Below, piece after piece: positions 1 through 14,605 of a DNA stretch of 64,000 nucleotides (positions are counted from its first letter, which is position 1; every line of letters starts with the position of its first letter). Position numbers and translations under genes: made by a program. The notes under the pieces were generated by a model. That model made no database searches, had not been told where the DNA came from, and worked only from the letters and a program-made list of their open reading frames with translations. The DNA comes from Octopus sinensis (taxonomy: Eukaryota). The DNA is taken from NCBI RefSeq assembly GCF_006345805.1, contig NC_042998.1, positions 66,030,001 to 66,094,000 of the forward strand. Reading direction: 5' to 3'.

Positions 1-589
1 TCCAGGTTTCTGAATCTTCCATCTGTGAATTCGTAATTGGAAACATTGGATGGAACAAAAACACGTACTAATGGGCATTTGTTTTTTCATTACTACAATT
101 GTTTCCACACGACGTGGTCCTCCAGGTGTGCAGGTACTTGATTATACAAGGATTTTCCTGCATTTTGTGCTCCAGCTGTATTTCCAGAAGCGGTTTGTAA
201 TTTTTGTCTCCATAAGTTTATAATCTTTGGCTTCAAGAACATCCAATCTGTCTGTCGTGACCACAATTTAGTAGTTACGAAGCTTATAAGGATGTTTGGC
301 TGCTGAAGGGACGTTGACAAAATGCTTTCATTGTGTAGATGTAGTGGGACTGTTATTCCGGTACTGTTGCCTCCATTTTAAATGTTGTCTCCATTTTAAA
401 GGGATTGGTATTTTATTTCTTAGTCATGCTGATTTGTTTTCCGTGATTGGTTACAAATGTATATAAACATACCTACACTCGCCCGCATATACATACACAG
501 ACAGTCGCGTGTGCATACACACGCTTACACAGGTATATATATCTACTGATAAATACTCACACGCATGCGCATAAACTCACACGCCAATA

Positions 590-683
590 TATAAATATAT
601 ATATTCATATATATATATATATACACATATGCAAACAATTATGTAATATAATACAATATAGTATAATATAATATTATATATAT

Positions 684-733
<50 letters not shown>

Positions 734-734
734 C

Positions 735-770
<36 letters not shown>

Positions 771-790
771 TATATACATATATTTCTATA
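590..790. repeat. (TA)n-rich microsatellite
   Basis: Imperfect TA dinucleotide run seen directly. Confidence 0.95.
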
Positions 791-1606
791 TAAATTTACA
801 CACACACAAACATCTATAATATCATGAGCACTCAGTGAGCGCAAATATCCGCCAAGGCTAGATCAACGTCCTCTCATCGATTAACCGGAGATGATTTTTA
901 AAATGAGAAAATCTGAAATATAATCGACTGCTCTCACAAACGAGAATACTAGAAATGAACCCGGTGGCTCTAAAACGGAAACACAATCCATATATATTGT
1001 CCGGTACATGATCGATATATAATTTTACCTCCCCGAACACCTCTCTCTCTATTGAATGACACTTCTGCTATTCCTCATACTTTACCATTCCCTTAATATT
1101 CAATGACTCTTCTTGTATTCTTAATATAGTTTTTTATTTTTTTCTAAATCCTAACATATAGAAAATAATATTTCTCTAAATATTATAACTATTTCCAACA
1201 GCAATTTAAAAAAAAAAAACATTAAAAAAAAATCTTCCTCTAAATATTATAACTGTATTAAGTAATTTAACCATAACACGTATTTCATAACGTTCGGAAC
1301 TGGAATACTTATTGAACTCACACCCTCATACAATATTACCTCTCACAATTCTCTACCATAAAAAATGCTGGAAACTTAGTATTTTTTCAGATATTATTAT
1401 GCATACCCATATGCACACATGCACACAAATACGTATATGTACATGTACTTACATACATGCACTCACGCACATTTGAATATATTTACATGCGTATACTCGC
1501 CTGCATATACATAGAGATATACTCGTGTTTGCAAGAACACACTAACACAAACATATATGCACACACACACACACAAACACACACACATACACGCGCACAC
1601 ACACAG

Positions 1607-1691
<85 letters not shown>

Positions 1692-1833
1692 CTTATGTAG
1701 GTGTATATATTCATGCATTGTAAACACGCGGACAGGCACATATGCGTATATACGTATATAGAGAGAGATACAGAACTGCAACCCGACACACGCACATTAG
1801 ATACGTGGAGGAGGAGAGGGTGAGTGTTTATTG

Positions 1834-1856
1834 AATTATTATTATTATTATTATTA

Positions 1857-1923
<67 letters not shown>

Positions 1924-1940
1924 TATCATTATTATTATTT
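1834..1940. repeat. (TTA)n microsatellite
   Basis: Pure TTA run; source of the poly-N and poly-Y ORFs in the track. Confidence 0.97.
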
Positions 1941-2079
1941 CTCAGTGCTGAATCTTGATACTTCATATTTGGCGCTGTGGGGACATCTCGGTATTATTCT
2001 GTATGTTTGTTTACTAAGTTTGCTTTGCTTAGCAGAATGCACAAGGCTTCCCCGGTGCATAAGTTACACATGCCGAGTG

Positions 2080-2710
2080 TGTATTTTATGGGTGTGCATT
2101 TCTTTTTTATTATTGACCATTCTATTTCGTATTTTATTTATTCCTTCCTTTAATCTTCTTTGAATGTCTCCGTCTTATCTTTCAGAATGAGGAGTTATGG
2201 TTGCCGCAACGGACCTTAAATTGGTATATGGAGGCCCCTATGTATGCTTATTTGGGTTGTGGTGATTGTGCATTTGTATATGATGGGTTTTTTTTGGCAT
2301 GCATTACTTATTTTATGTATGTTTATACATATATATTTTCTCTCTTTTACATTTAGAATACACTTTGACCGGCCTCCTACTTGGTAACAACACTGTGAAC
2401 GAAAACATCTTGTTTTCTTCATCTACCTTTAGATCTTAAGGAGGTCTTGCAACTTTTTATGATTCCAGATATTGTGGTCATTTTTCGTTTCTGAATTAAG
2501 GATTTGCGTTCCTTTGTCACAGATTCAGACATATTTTGCACCTGACGGGTTCGCAGGTTTCCTGTTGCTCCAACGATAATAGGTAGAAAGCTGAATGTTT
2601 ATCTTGGTTAGTTTGCAAACTCCTAAATACTGATCCATATAGATACTCTTTGTCTTGCATTTTCGAACAACGTTTGTGTTCAGAGGGCAGTGATATACAA
2701 AATAGAACAC
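2080..2710 (-). mobile_element. Penelope-like element remnant (GIY-YIG endonuclease region)
   Basis: Minus-strand frameshifted translation PIIYKCTITTT...AYIGASIYQFKVRCGNHNSSF matches the IY-x-YIG-x-FK-R-NH-SSF pattern of Penelope GIY-YIG domains. Confidence 0.75.
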
Positions 2711-2719
2711 ATTTCAAAT

Positions 2720-3235
2720 TGTTAGAACAATTCCACCAAAAATGCCTTCACCGCATTTTAAATATTAAATGAAGTTCTTTTACTCCAAACACAGATATCG
2801 TTGCATCTGCAGACATCACTTCAATTAAAGCATTGATTCTGAAAACCCAAATGAGATGGTGTGACCATATTGTTCGAATGGAAGACGAACGCACACTCAA
2901 ACAGCTGGTTTATGGTGACCTTGAGAGGGGAAACGCTATTGGGGTAAACCTAAAATAACAAAAGCTTTAAGGAAGGCATAAGGACTACCATGAAGTCACT
3001 TGGTATGGGTACAGAGGACATAGAAACGCTTGCTTCGGATCGAGCTTCACGGCGAACAAAAGTTTAGCGTGGAGTGAAAATGTCTGAAGAGGCCAGAATA
3101 ACGTATACAAGACTCAAAAGACATTTAAAGAAGAATGTTCCGATTGAGAAGGTGAATCACAATGGCCTTGTGTGCAATTTGGATTAGACCATGCATTCGT
3201 TTGCTGCGCTCAAATTTCATTTCCGAACCCATGGA
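2720..3235 (+). mobile_element. RTE/BovB-type LINE 3' fragment
   Basis: Manual translation LEQFHQKCLHRILNIK...SIKALILKTQMRWCDHIVRMEDERTLKQLVYGDLERG is the typical post-RT RTE region; contains stops and frameshifts. Confidence 0.8.
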
Positions 3236-3515
3236 AAACGGACCTCCACCAACTAATCTGCCTATATGTCTGTGCACACATTTCAAAGCAATGTATGCCA
3301 GAAGGTCTGCAAATCAAAGGGAGGCCTCAAAATACATTTAAGATTCACAAAGTTAAGGACTTAACTGCAGCACTCTGTGTTCCAAATCAGATATGCAATG
3401 TATGTGGGTGTCTTTTCAGAATATTTAAATAGCCACATCAGTTACCATGAGGATTGTAAGGTGCAGGAACAGAAGGTGGTCAAAATCTGCATAAAGAGTA
3501 GACAACCACCCTGTT

Positions 3516-3780
3516 CGTATGTATATATGCATGTGTGTATGTCAGTATGTCCGTATGTATGTATGTCAGTATGACCGTATGTATGTATGTGTGTATGCAT
3601 GTATGTATATACGTGTGCATGTATGTATGAATGTATGTTTGCATGTGTATGTATGGATGGATTATGTAAGCATGTATGTACGTATGTTTGTAAGTATGTG
3701 TGTATGTATGTGTATATGGATGTATGGATGTTTGTATGTGTGTACATACGTACGTACATATGTATGCATGTATGGATGGA
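3516..3780. repeat. (TATG)n-type compound microsatellite
   Basis: Degenerate GTAT/GTGT tetranucleotide run. Confidence 0.9.
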
Positions 3781-5339
3781 GGGAGGGAGGGAGTGAGGGA
3801 GGGCGGGATGGAGGGATGGATAGATGTCTCTTATGTATTTGATCATTAAAATTCTTCCTCTGAAGAAGGATCTGATTTCTAACAGACACAAAGCTCCATC
3901 TTTAGAATGTAGATAACGGAAACAATGTCGCATTTCATACCTAAGACTAGTGCTCCAGTGCTGTTCTTTGTGCGAGACACAAGGAATTCGAAACACCGGG
4001 TATCTCATAGTTCTTTTCATTAAAATGAACCTGAACCAGGTGTGATATAACTTTCCATTCAGCTCAATAGGAAAGTTATTCTTTCATGACGAAACATGCC
4101 AACGATTAGTTAATTCACGTTCAAATATGCAAGATTATATTAAAAATCAGTATACGAGAAGGTATGTGTGGTGGGGATGAATGTTCATAGGATAATATCG
4201 TTGAAATTTGTAGTAGGTGATGCTGCCACTAGAATAAAAAATAAATAAGAGAACATATTAACTAAGTTACATTATTTTCATCCATGCAGCATATTTAAAG
4301 CAAAGAGTAAAAAGTTTTGGTTTTATTAAATTAGATATAATTCATGTCAATGCTTTCTGTTTCAGAGATCTCTTGGGTTATTGATGATTCCACCATCCAC
4401 TTGTGCATGTTCTCCATTTACAACGGCATTTCATCTTTTCTGTTTTCACCGGGTAATACACGGATTTCATCAGTATTATACTTGTACGAAATACTGATAT
4501 ATGGTAGTACAAGGAGAACGCTTCTCAAATTGATAAGGAAGAATAATAGAGATAGTAACAAGGATATAATTTTAAATAAGGTGGTATTATATTCTATTGT
4601 CAAAGATTGATTTAAAACCATTAAATATAGTATTTAATATCTTTAACGGACGCGATAGTCCGTGACCAAATCAACTTTGAAAATCATTGCAAGAAATTGT
4701 AAATTTACGCAAACATACTAGGGAAATTGAAAATATGCGTAAGTCAGCAGAATGAAAATAGGGCAAAATGGCATTTGTGCTATAAATACAAGACAGAGAA
4801 GATATTGAATATATTTTGGGAAACAAGTAGCATGCACAATAATTTACATTACACAAATGTTCATGACAAATAAAATGAAGAATGGAAAAGGAAAATGGCT
4901 ACTGGCAATTTAGGAGAAGCATTTTGATTATATTGCGTGCTGCAACTAGAATCTTCAATATATGAAATACAATATGTAATATCAAAAATTTATCCTGTAT
5001 CAAATATGTGACTAAGTAATATAAAAGAATAGTTATTGTGTACTTTTATGATATGAATATTATGTGTGCATAGACTGGATTGTGAGTAAACATTCAAACG
5101 TGTACAAAAATGGCTAAATAATAAAATTGTACATGTTATATCAACACGCCGACAAAGTAAATATACCCAGAAATCATATACAGAATGTTGAATGATGTAC
5201 ACAAAATATATGATACAGAATTTTATGTAGAAAAATTGTTGAAAGTTTAGGACTATTATGAACCACAAAACATTATTTAAACAAAATTATTACATTGCTC
5301 AGAGCCCCAAATAAATATATTTTCTTCTTTCTGAACGTA

Positions 5340-5708
5340 ATTTTTATTAATCTCGAATAGGGGAAATGCAAAAAAAGGATAAAAAGGTGATGGGGAGGAC
5401 GATAGACATGTAACTCTCCTGATACAGGAAGACTTCTAAGGATAATTGAATAATCCCACCGTCCGTGATTTCTCTGAACACCAAGATCAAGTGCCCTCTC
5501 CAATTCCTTCTTTCCGACATAGAAGACTACACTGAGGGAAATACGACCACTCTTGTCAAAACTTCCCTCTCTATTTGGAAATCACTTTTCAAGTGAAACT
5601 TGAAGAAATCAATGAGGGCTCTACGAAACAGAAATGTGTCTGTACACATTCCTTTCAGCCTTTTCTACCAAACAATCTCTTTCCCCACAGCTACTAGACA
5701 AAGAATAA
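5340..5708 (-). mobile_element. Diverged Tx1/L1-clade LINE 3' fragment
   Basis: Minus translation ILCLVAVGKEIVW*KRLKGMCTDTFLFRRALIDFFKFHLK aligns by eye to the ORF2 C-terminus of the 48.2-54.2 kb element (IILVAMAK..WWTRLKGLETNTF..SLINFFKYHLK); AATAAA near 5341-5346 on minus. Confidence 0.7.
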
Positions 5709-5711
5709 TAA

Positions 5712-6140
5712 TAATCATTTCTACAAATGACACAAGGCCTAAAATTTTGGGAGAGGAGTGTAGTCGATTATGCCGACATCAGTGTTTCAATGGTACTTAA
5801 TTTATCGACTCCAAAAGGATGAAATGCGAAATCAAATGAAAGGCACAGTCCACGCCGGTGGAACTTAAACACAGAATTTACCGAAAGGCAAAATGCCGCG
5901 AAGCGTTTTGGTCCGGCGTGCTAACGATTCTGCCAGCTCGCCACATTAGTCGTAGTAATAGTAATAATAATAATAATACTTTTTATCATAGGCGAGGCCT
6001 GAAAATTTGTGGGAGGGAGATAGTCGATTACATCGACCACGGTGTTTCACTGGTACTTAATTTATCGACAGCGGATGGATGAAAAATTAAGTTGACATCA
6101 GCGGAATTTGAACTCAGAAGGTAAAGACGGACGGAACGCC
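5712..6140 (-). mobile_element. Two tandem copies of tRNA-derived SINE family A
   Basis: Reverse complement contains TGGCGAGCTGGCAGAATCGTTAGCACGCCGG, CTGAGTTCAAATTCCGC (B box) and GTCGATAAATTAAGTACC, shared with copies at 24.1-24.9 kb and 58.6 kb. Confidence 0.85.
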
Positions 6141-6144
6141 GCTG

Positions 6145-6340
6145 CTAATAGAAATTTTTAAAAGTGTGGCATCCCAAAGCGACTACGGTACCAGTGATTG
6201 CATGATCTCTAGGAATGATAAAAATAGGTATTGAAACCTATTTGAAAATGATTCCAGGCTTACCATCCCTACAGGAAGTGCAAAAGATCGTGTTAACTGG
6301 AACGACTCATGTACTGTGAAGAGCATTATCGATGTGAAAA
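6145..6340 (+). mobile_element. R4/Dong-type LINE extreme 3' coding remnant
   Basis: Translation VWHPKATTVPVIA*SLGMIKIGIETYLKMIPGLPSLQEVQKIVLTGTTHVL*RALSM* aligns to the C-terminus of the 10644-12233 ORF (KMWKLKTKT...IQKIVLMGTAHILRKILSM). Confidence 0.8.
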
Positions 6341-7119
6341 CAAAATCAATTCATGAATTTATTTACTTTTTTTAAATACATAATTTACCTGTGAATTTGC
6401 GTGTTTGATTTGGGAATGCATACAATGAGATTCTCTGCCCGAGGGTGTAAGGAAAACACTCGGCGAGAAACGGAAGAAAATTTGAAGAAGGAAGAATAAA
6501 AGCTCTTAAGACGGCAGTGATCAATGTCAATGATGAATAGGTATATGTGTATGTAGTATGCATGTTTATATATCTGTCTACATGTGGGTATATACTATAA
6601 GCATTTGGATATGTGGATATGCATGTACATGTATGTATTGCACCAGCTTCAGAGTTCAGAATATTGAGACGGTGTCCAGCGAGGGCTATCTCACTTAAAC
6701 TTTTATGGGTTAAAGGTTGGCCCCTTATAGATTTTTTTATAGAAAATCTGCTCTACAAAAGGGGGTTCGGAAAGAAATACTGGTAGTTGTGACACCTCGC
6801 AGATTTCCCTTTCTCTTGCATGAAAGAAGTAGGTAAAAGAATTAACAAAAAGAATGGCATAAATGAGGAAGGATCTACAGATAACGGATTCTCAACCGGC
6901 AGGTGCCCTGTGGGTGATCAGTACAGACCCGGTCATTTTTACACGACTACCAGTCAAAGAGAAACACTGTTAGACTTTTCACAACAGGTTGTTGCCCGCT
7001 GTCACAGACATAACCGGAGGAACCAAGCTGAACAGCTCCGAAAACTAAAATCTAATAAGAAGGACGACGATGATGATGATAACGATGAATGATGATGATG
7101 AACCAAAATTTCAGATGCA

Positions 7120-8285
7120 TAGGCGCAGGAGTGGCTGTGTGGTAAGTAGCTTGCTTACCAACCACATGGTTCCAGGTTCAGTTTTACTGCGTGTGGCACC
7201 TTGGGTAAGTGTCTTCTACTAGAGCCTCGGGTCGACCAAAGCCTTGTGAAGACATACATATAATATATATATATAAATATACTAAGCAATAAAGGGTTTA
7301 GCAACGAATTGCCTTACCACATACCGAATTTAGAAATAGCAGTCAAAGGGTTATAGCTATTTCTTCTACTAAAAAGGGAGATCTCAGTAAAAACAGCAAT
7401 TGGAAGGCAGACACAAACAGGTAAGAGAGAATGAATTGACGGCAATCTATCATACATTTTTAAGTTATCTACGGACGTACGTTTCGAAATCAAGTTTTTA
7501 GGAAAGCATAAGAATTAAATATTAAATATTAAATAATTCTATCTTACCGAAACTTCTTTTCTCTTCAGCGTAGAATACTATAATCATAAATGATTATATA
7601 TTGAATTTTGAGATACTAGAAGGCACCAACTCAACTCAGTATCAGAGCGAGCTAGAATCCGCAAATAGTATCACCGAATTCCATTTGTGAATGAAACGAT
7701 TGTGTCACCAGCCCCTTCCCACCCGCGTGTAGCCAAAACAAGATGCTGTGGTCATCTACTGAGATAAAATATGGTTATCCGTAATAATGAAGGGTGAAAT
7801 TAATTAATTTGGAATAATTATCAATTACACCAAGTAGTCTTCGGCATGTAAAAGCCTCATTCGAGGAAAATTTAAGTAATACTAAGCAATAAAGGGTTTA
7901 GCAACGAATTGCCTTACCACATATCGAATTTAGAAATAGCAGTCAAAGGGTTATAGCTATTTCTTCTACTAAAAAGGGAGATCTCAGTAAAAACAGCAAT
8001 TGGAAGGCAGACACAAACAGGTAAGAGAGAATGAATTGACGGCAATCTATATAAATATATATATATATATATAAACGTATATGTTTGTGTGTCTGTGCTT
8101 GTACCCCCAACATCGCTGGACAACCTATGCTAGTGTATTTACGTCCGCGTCACCTCGTGGTTCGGCAAGATAGGCCGATAGAATAAGAACAGGCTTACAC
8201 AGAATAAGTCTTCGGGTCGATTTGCTCGACTAAAGGCGGTGCTCCAACATGCCTGCATTCAAATGACTGAAACAAATAAAAGAAT
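7120..8285 (+). mobile_element. tRNA-derived SINE family B, split by an insertion at 7279-8050
   Basis: 5' half 7120-7250 (TAGGCGCAGGAGTGGCTGTGTGGTAAG...GGTTCAG) and 3' half ~8075-8285 (...GGCGGTGCTCC...ATGACTGAAAC) match the complete copy at 23061-23460. Confidence 0.85.
7279..8050. repeat. 772-bp insert with 172-bp direct terminal repeats
   Basis: 7279-7450 and 7879-8050 differ at one position I could see (CATACCG vs CATATCG) and are offset by exactly 600 bp. Confidence 0.92.
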
Positions 8286-8599
8286 AGAAGAAACAATAAA
8301 ATAACATTGTCTATAATAATAGGCGTATTAGGTATTATCCAAAAACATACAAACAAATATATAACGAAAGTACCAGGACTTACGGTTATGTATAAGGTAC
8401 AGAAAACAGCACTACTAGGCCACGAACACATCTTTCGTAAAGTATTTTCAAGACAGGACAAATAACGTTACCAAAATCAACCGCAGCATATAACCGAGGC
8501 ACTCAGGACTGCACTGAGTATTGCAGTGAGACCGCGTCGTAAATATGATACTAAGGAAAAATAAAGATGACAAGATCAAGAACAAAATAATAATGGTTT

Positions 8600-8768
8600 C
8601 AAATGTTGCAACACGGGCAGCCATTTTCGAGAGAGGTCGAGTCGATTACATCGACCCCAATGTTCAACTAGTGCATATTTTATCGAGCCCATAAGGTTAA
8701 AAGGTAACGTCAACTTCGACACAGAATGTAGCTTCGGGCGAGCTAACGATTCTACCAACAGGCCACCC
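8600..8768 (-). mobile_element. SINE family A, degenerate copy
   Basis: GTCGATTACATCGACCCC, TTTATCGA and GCTAACGATTCTACCA motifs as in other minus-strand copies. Confidence 0.7.
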
Positions 8769-8821
8769 TAATAATAATAATAATAATAATAATAATGATA
8801 ATAATAATAATAATAATAATA

Positions 8822-9372
8822 ATAAATGCCCTGATGCAGTACCAGGCACTGGCTCTCATGGCTTCTGATCTTAACTGATTGGAAATGTTATCATGTACAT
8901 TGTTTTGTCTTGGTACAAAAGATGGGCTGCAGCAAATATTCTGCTCAACACCACAGATTTGTTTGTTAGTTGTTTGACCTTAACCAGTTGCTCATTCCCT
9001 TAGTGGCTGGCGATATGTGCAACTGTGATCACGAGCGGAAGTAGTTGGGGAACATCATAACCATGTACTGAAAACAATTGTGTTGAGTTTGGATAATTTA
9101 CCTTTGGAAAAATGGGTGTTTTCTTCAACATCCTTAAACAACCCTTATTCATAGATTTTTTGAGAATGATGGACTACTCGACCAGAAGAAAAATTGTAAC
9201 TGTGCCTCACCTGCAAGGATATGCGTTGTTTATCTTGATATGAGATCACCATGCCACCTTCATTTGGTTGTGGTGCATGTACCTTATCAGACACGTGGTC
9301 ATGATGGGTATACTGGACTTCGTATATTTGTACTCCAGCGTTACTTTGATGGCATGCACTGTTCTCTCGCTC
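8822..9372 (+). mobile_element. ~550-bp non-coding repeat (family D) bounded by (TAA)n
   Basis: Colinear with the reverse complement of 63241-63800 and partly with 12640-12862; starts ATAAATGCCCTGATGCAGTAC and ends CTCTCGCTC-AATAATAA. Confidence 0.9.
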
Positions 9373-9489
9373 AATAATAATAAAATAATGAAGAAGAAGA
9401 AGAAAAAAAAAGAAGAAGAAGAGGAAGAAGAAGAAGAAAAATAAGAAGACGAAAAGTCGTAAGCGTTCTTAATTGTGCAACAACATTAG

Positions 9490-9898
9490 TCAAGTCAATT
9501 CCATAAGGAATCATAAAAGAAATGCTACGATTTATATGGAAGATTGGAACATGTAGTGATTCCCTGTTGGTGTACGCACCAGAATGCACCAAACACACAA
9601 CTTGATTTATGTTGGTTGTGCAAGAGAACAATTAAATAAAAGATTCAATGGAGAGAGTTATGAGGTCAGATACAATAACAGAAGCTCGACGGAAGTTGCC
9701 GAACATTTTACATCAAACGACTGCAATTTTGAAAAAGACTTGAAAGTACATTTTCTCAGAAAATGTTTAGAATTTCCTACAATTTCAGTGCTCAAAATGC
9801 ATGAGGAGAAATATGTATGTGTGTTAACATCACCCCCTGAAGGAATGAATAAAAGGGCAGGGAAATTTCATCATATTTACACAAAACTGCTTGACTAA
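9490..9898 (+). mobile_element. Penelope-like element GIY-YIG remnant (CxxH linker type)
   Basis: Correcting a 2-nt AC slippage gives GTCSDSLLVYAPECTKHNLIYVGCAREQLNKRFNG...VAEHF...EEKY, a GIY-YIG pattern. Confidence 0.75.
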
Positions 9899-10303
9899 AT
9901 GTTCTTTTCCTTTTCGTTTTTTTTCTTCATTTTTTTTTCATTTTTCCAGTTGTTAAATTAATACTTGTAGATTGAGGATGCCATTCTGTCAATGCGGAAG
10001 CGCATTTTTTTTTGAATAACGTTTCTTTGAATAATGTTTTTTTTTTTTTTTACAATAACGTTCAAAACAATAAAACATATGTTGCAATCGCATTGCACTG
10101 TTCGGATTGTGTATATACCTTCCTGATGAATTACGTCAATCCTTTCAAATGTATTAGTATTAGTAGTAGAAACATCCGTTATGGTCTACTCTGCTTCTGT
10201 CCTTTCTAGGTCGATAAATTATGTACCAATAGAGAACAGGGTCTATGACATCAACTTAAACACTCAATTCAAAATAGCTGGCCCTGTGCCTATATAAAAA
10301 ACG

Positions 10304-12362
<2,059 letters not shown>

Positions 12363-12429
<67 letters not shown>

Positions 12430-12440
12430 CATCATCATCA

Positions 12441-12508
<68 letters not shown>

Positions 12509-12512
12509 ATTA
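12363..12512. repeat. (TTA)n/(TCA)n microsatellite
   Basis: Seen directly; 5' flank of the R4-type element. Confidence 0.95.
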
Positions 12513-12639
12513 AGACCGCGCACAGTATCCAATATCGTACTATTGTTTGAAGATACTGTGTGTACCGCGGTTTGTACTGTACATCAAGTTACAACAAGGA
12601 TCTCAGACTGATACTACTGTACACAATATGCAAGCAGAC

Positions 12640-12862
12640 AAAGTGACACTGGGGTAAAATATACGAAGCCCAGTATACCCATCATGACTACTCGTCTTAT
12701 AAGTGTACACCTGGCACATGTATCACAACCATATGTGCGCGACATGATGAACATATGTCACCTTGGAACTGGAGCCCAGTTAGAATTTCCTTTTGATCGA
12801 ATAGCCCATCCGGCTCCAAAGGATTATCCATAAGTGTTGTTTAAGGATATTCAACGTTGGTT
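12640..12862 (-). mobile_element. Family D partial copy
   Basis: CAAAGTGACACTGGGGTAAAATATACGAAGCCCAGTATACCCATCATGACTAC is shared with 63264-63318. Confidence 0.85.
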
Positions 12863-13098
12863 CTATGTCAGCGTGTGTATATAAGAATTTCTTGCGTAAT
12901 AAAATTTTTAAAAACCGAGGCTGTGTAGATATTAGAGCATTTATAGATAGGTCTTACAGCTCTAATATCTACACAGCCTTGGTTTCTTATCTTATTACGC
13001 AAAAAATTCTAATATATACATATGTGTATATATATATATATGTGTGTGTGTGTGAGAATATATATATATATGTATATATATATGTGTGTGTGTATATT

Positions 13099-13134
<36 letters not shown>

Positions 13135-13914
13135 GGTGTGTGTGTGTGTGTGTTTGTATGTATAATGTATGCATCTACATTTCTCTGTATGGATGTATTT
13201 ATATTGAGATTTATATACATGCATGTGTGTGCGTGTGTGTGTGTGATTTTTGTGTTTGTGTTGTGTACGCGCACGTATGAGTGTGCGTGTTTATGCGTCC
13301 GTGTACTTAGCCATGAGTTCCTATATCTGAGCCTATGGGTGTTCAAATATTCATATATAGCAGGATATATACAATTGTTTTGTGAAATTCTGAAGTAGAT
13401 ATTGTGCTGTACATGTAACAGAGTATGTTCATACATTGAGTTGAAGAATGTTCTTCAATAGCAATCAGCAATAACATGTTTACGGGGCACATCTCAATAA
13501 TACATTCATATTGAAGTCTTTAATCCATGAGATTGGAATATTAGCATTACTTGAGGGAACTTTTGCAATCACTTAACATAATCCTTAAAAATATAGTCCT
13601 TTTAGGAATCTCATAGGAATATGTACGTTGTAATATCGCGTTTGTATGAATGCTGAAATAAATGTTAAGCTGCTTCTTTCCCGATATGTAAAGAAACACA
13701 AGACGATGAGGAAAACAAACGACAGAAAGTAATAACAAAATATAAATGTCATGACAAACATTGAACACAGGTGGAAGGAAACGTATTAAAGCTCCACATA
13801 ATACATATTTTTCTTCATAAATTGGATACTGATATTGTTTTGCAAATCAGCTATAATTTTCGGGATACGAAATGCATATTCAAGTGTTTATGAAACCATT
13901 TTATTCCGGAGATC

Positions 13915-14092
13915 GCCTGACAACCGATGCTGATGTGTTTACGTCTCCATAACTTAGCAGTTGCCCAAGTGAGACCGATAGAATAAGTACTATGCTTATA
14001 AAGACTAAGTTCTGGGGTCGATTTGCTCGAATAAAGGCGGTGCTCTAGCATCGTCACGGTCAAATGACTGAAACAAGTAAAAGAGTAAAGAG
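13915..14092 (+). mobile_element. SINE family B 3' half
   Basis: ACCGATAGAATAAGTACT...GGGGTCGATTTGCTCGA...AAATGACTGAAACAAGTAAAAG. Confidence 0.85.
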
Positions 14093-14115
14093 TATACCTT
14101 TTATTTTATTTATAT

Positions 14116-14161
14116 TTTATCTAGTTTCAGCCCACGAGCTGCGGCCATGCTGGGGCACCGC
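14116..14161 (-). mobile_element. ~45-bp CR1/SINE-type 3' tail fragment
   Basis: Reverse complement GCGGTGCCCCAGCATGGCCGCAGCTCGTGGGCTGAAAC matches the 3' end of the CR1 fragment at 45853-45890. Confidence 0.65.
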
Positions 14162-14336
14162 ATTTATATATATTAATATATATATATAAATATATATGAA
14201 TATATATAAATATATAAATATATATTAATATGCATATATATATATGCCTATATGTATAAAAATATTCTTGAATTCTTATAGGTATATTCATATACAAATA
14301 TATATATATATTTATATATAGATATATATATATATA

Positions 14337-14487
<151 letters not shown>

Positions 14488-14605
14488 ATATCACACACAT
14501 ACACACATACACGCATATATATTCCTATATATAGATATGTGTATGCACACGTATGTGTGTGGAATTGTATATGTATATGTGTGTGTAAGTCCTTGCGCGT
14601 GTGTA

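Noticed and set aside
93-320. 75-aa minus-strand ORF
   Set aside because: No recognisable motif, splice context or repeat family.
858-1070. Protein-like 60-aa minus-strand ORF
   Set aside because: A stop lies 10 codons upstream, there is no pyrimidine-rich acceptor, and I recognise no domain.
1457-2163. Long ORFs of 88-167 aa (poly-N, poly-Y, YI and TH repeats)
   Set aside because: These are translations of microsatellites. The same applies to similar ORFs at 3.4-4.0, 12.2-14.7, 18.7-19.0, 33.6-35.0, 38.8, 42.5, 54.5, 59.8 and 62.9-63.9 kb.
6820-7092. 90-aa plus-strand ORF ending in poly-D
   Set aside because: The tail is a (GAT)n microsatellite and the rest has no motif; it may be a decayed repeat end.
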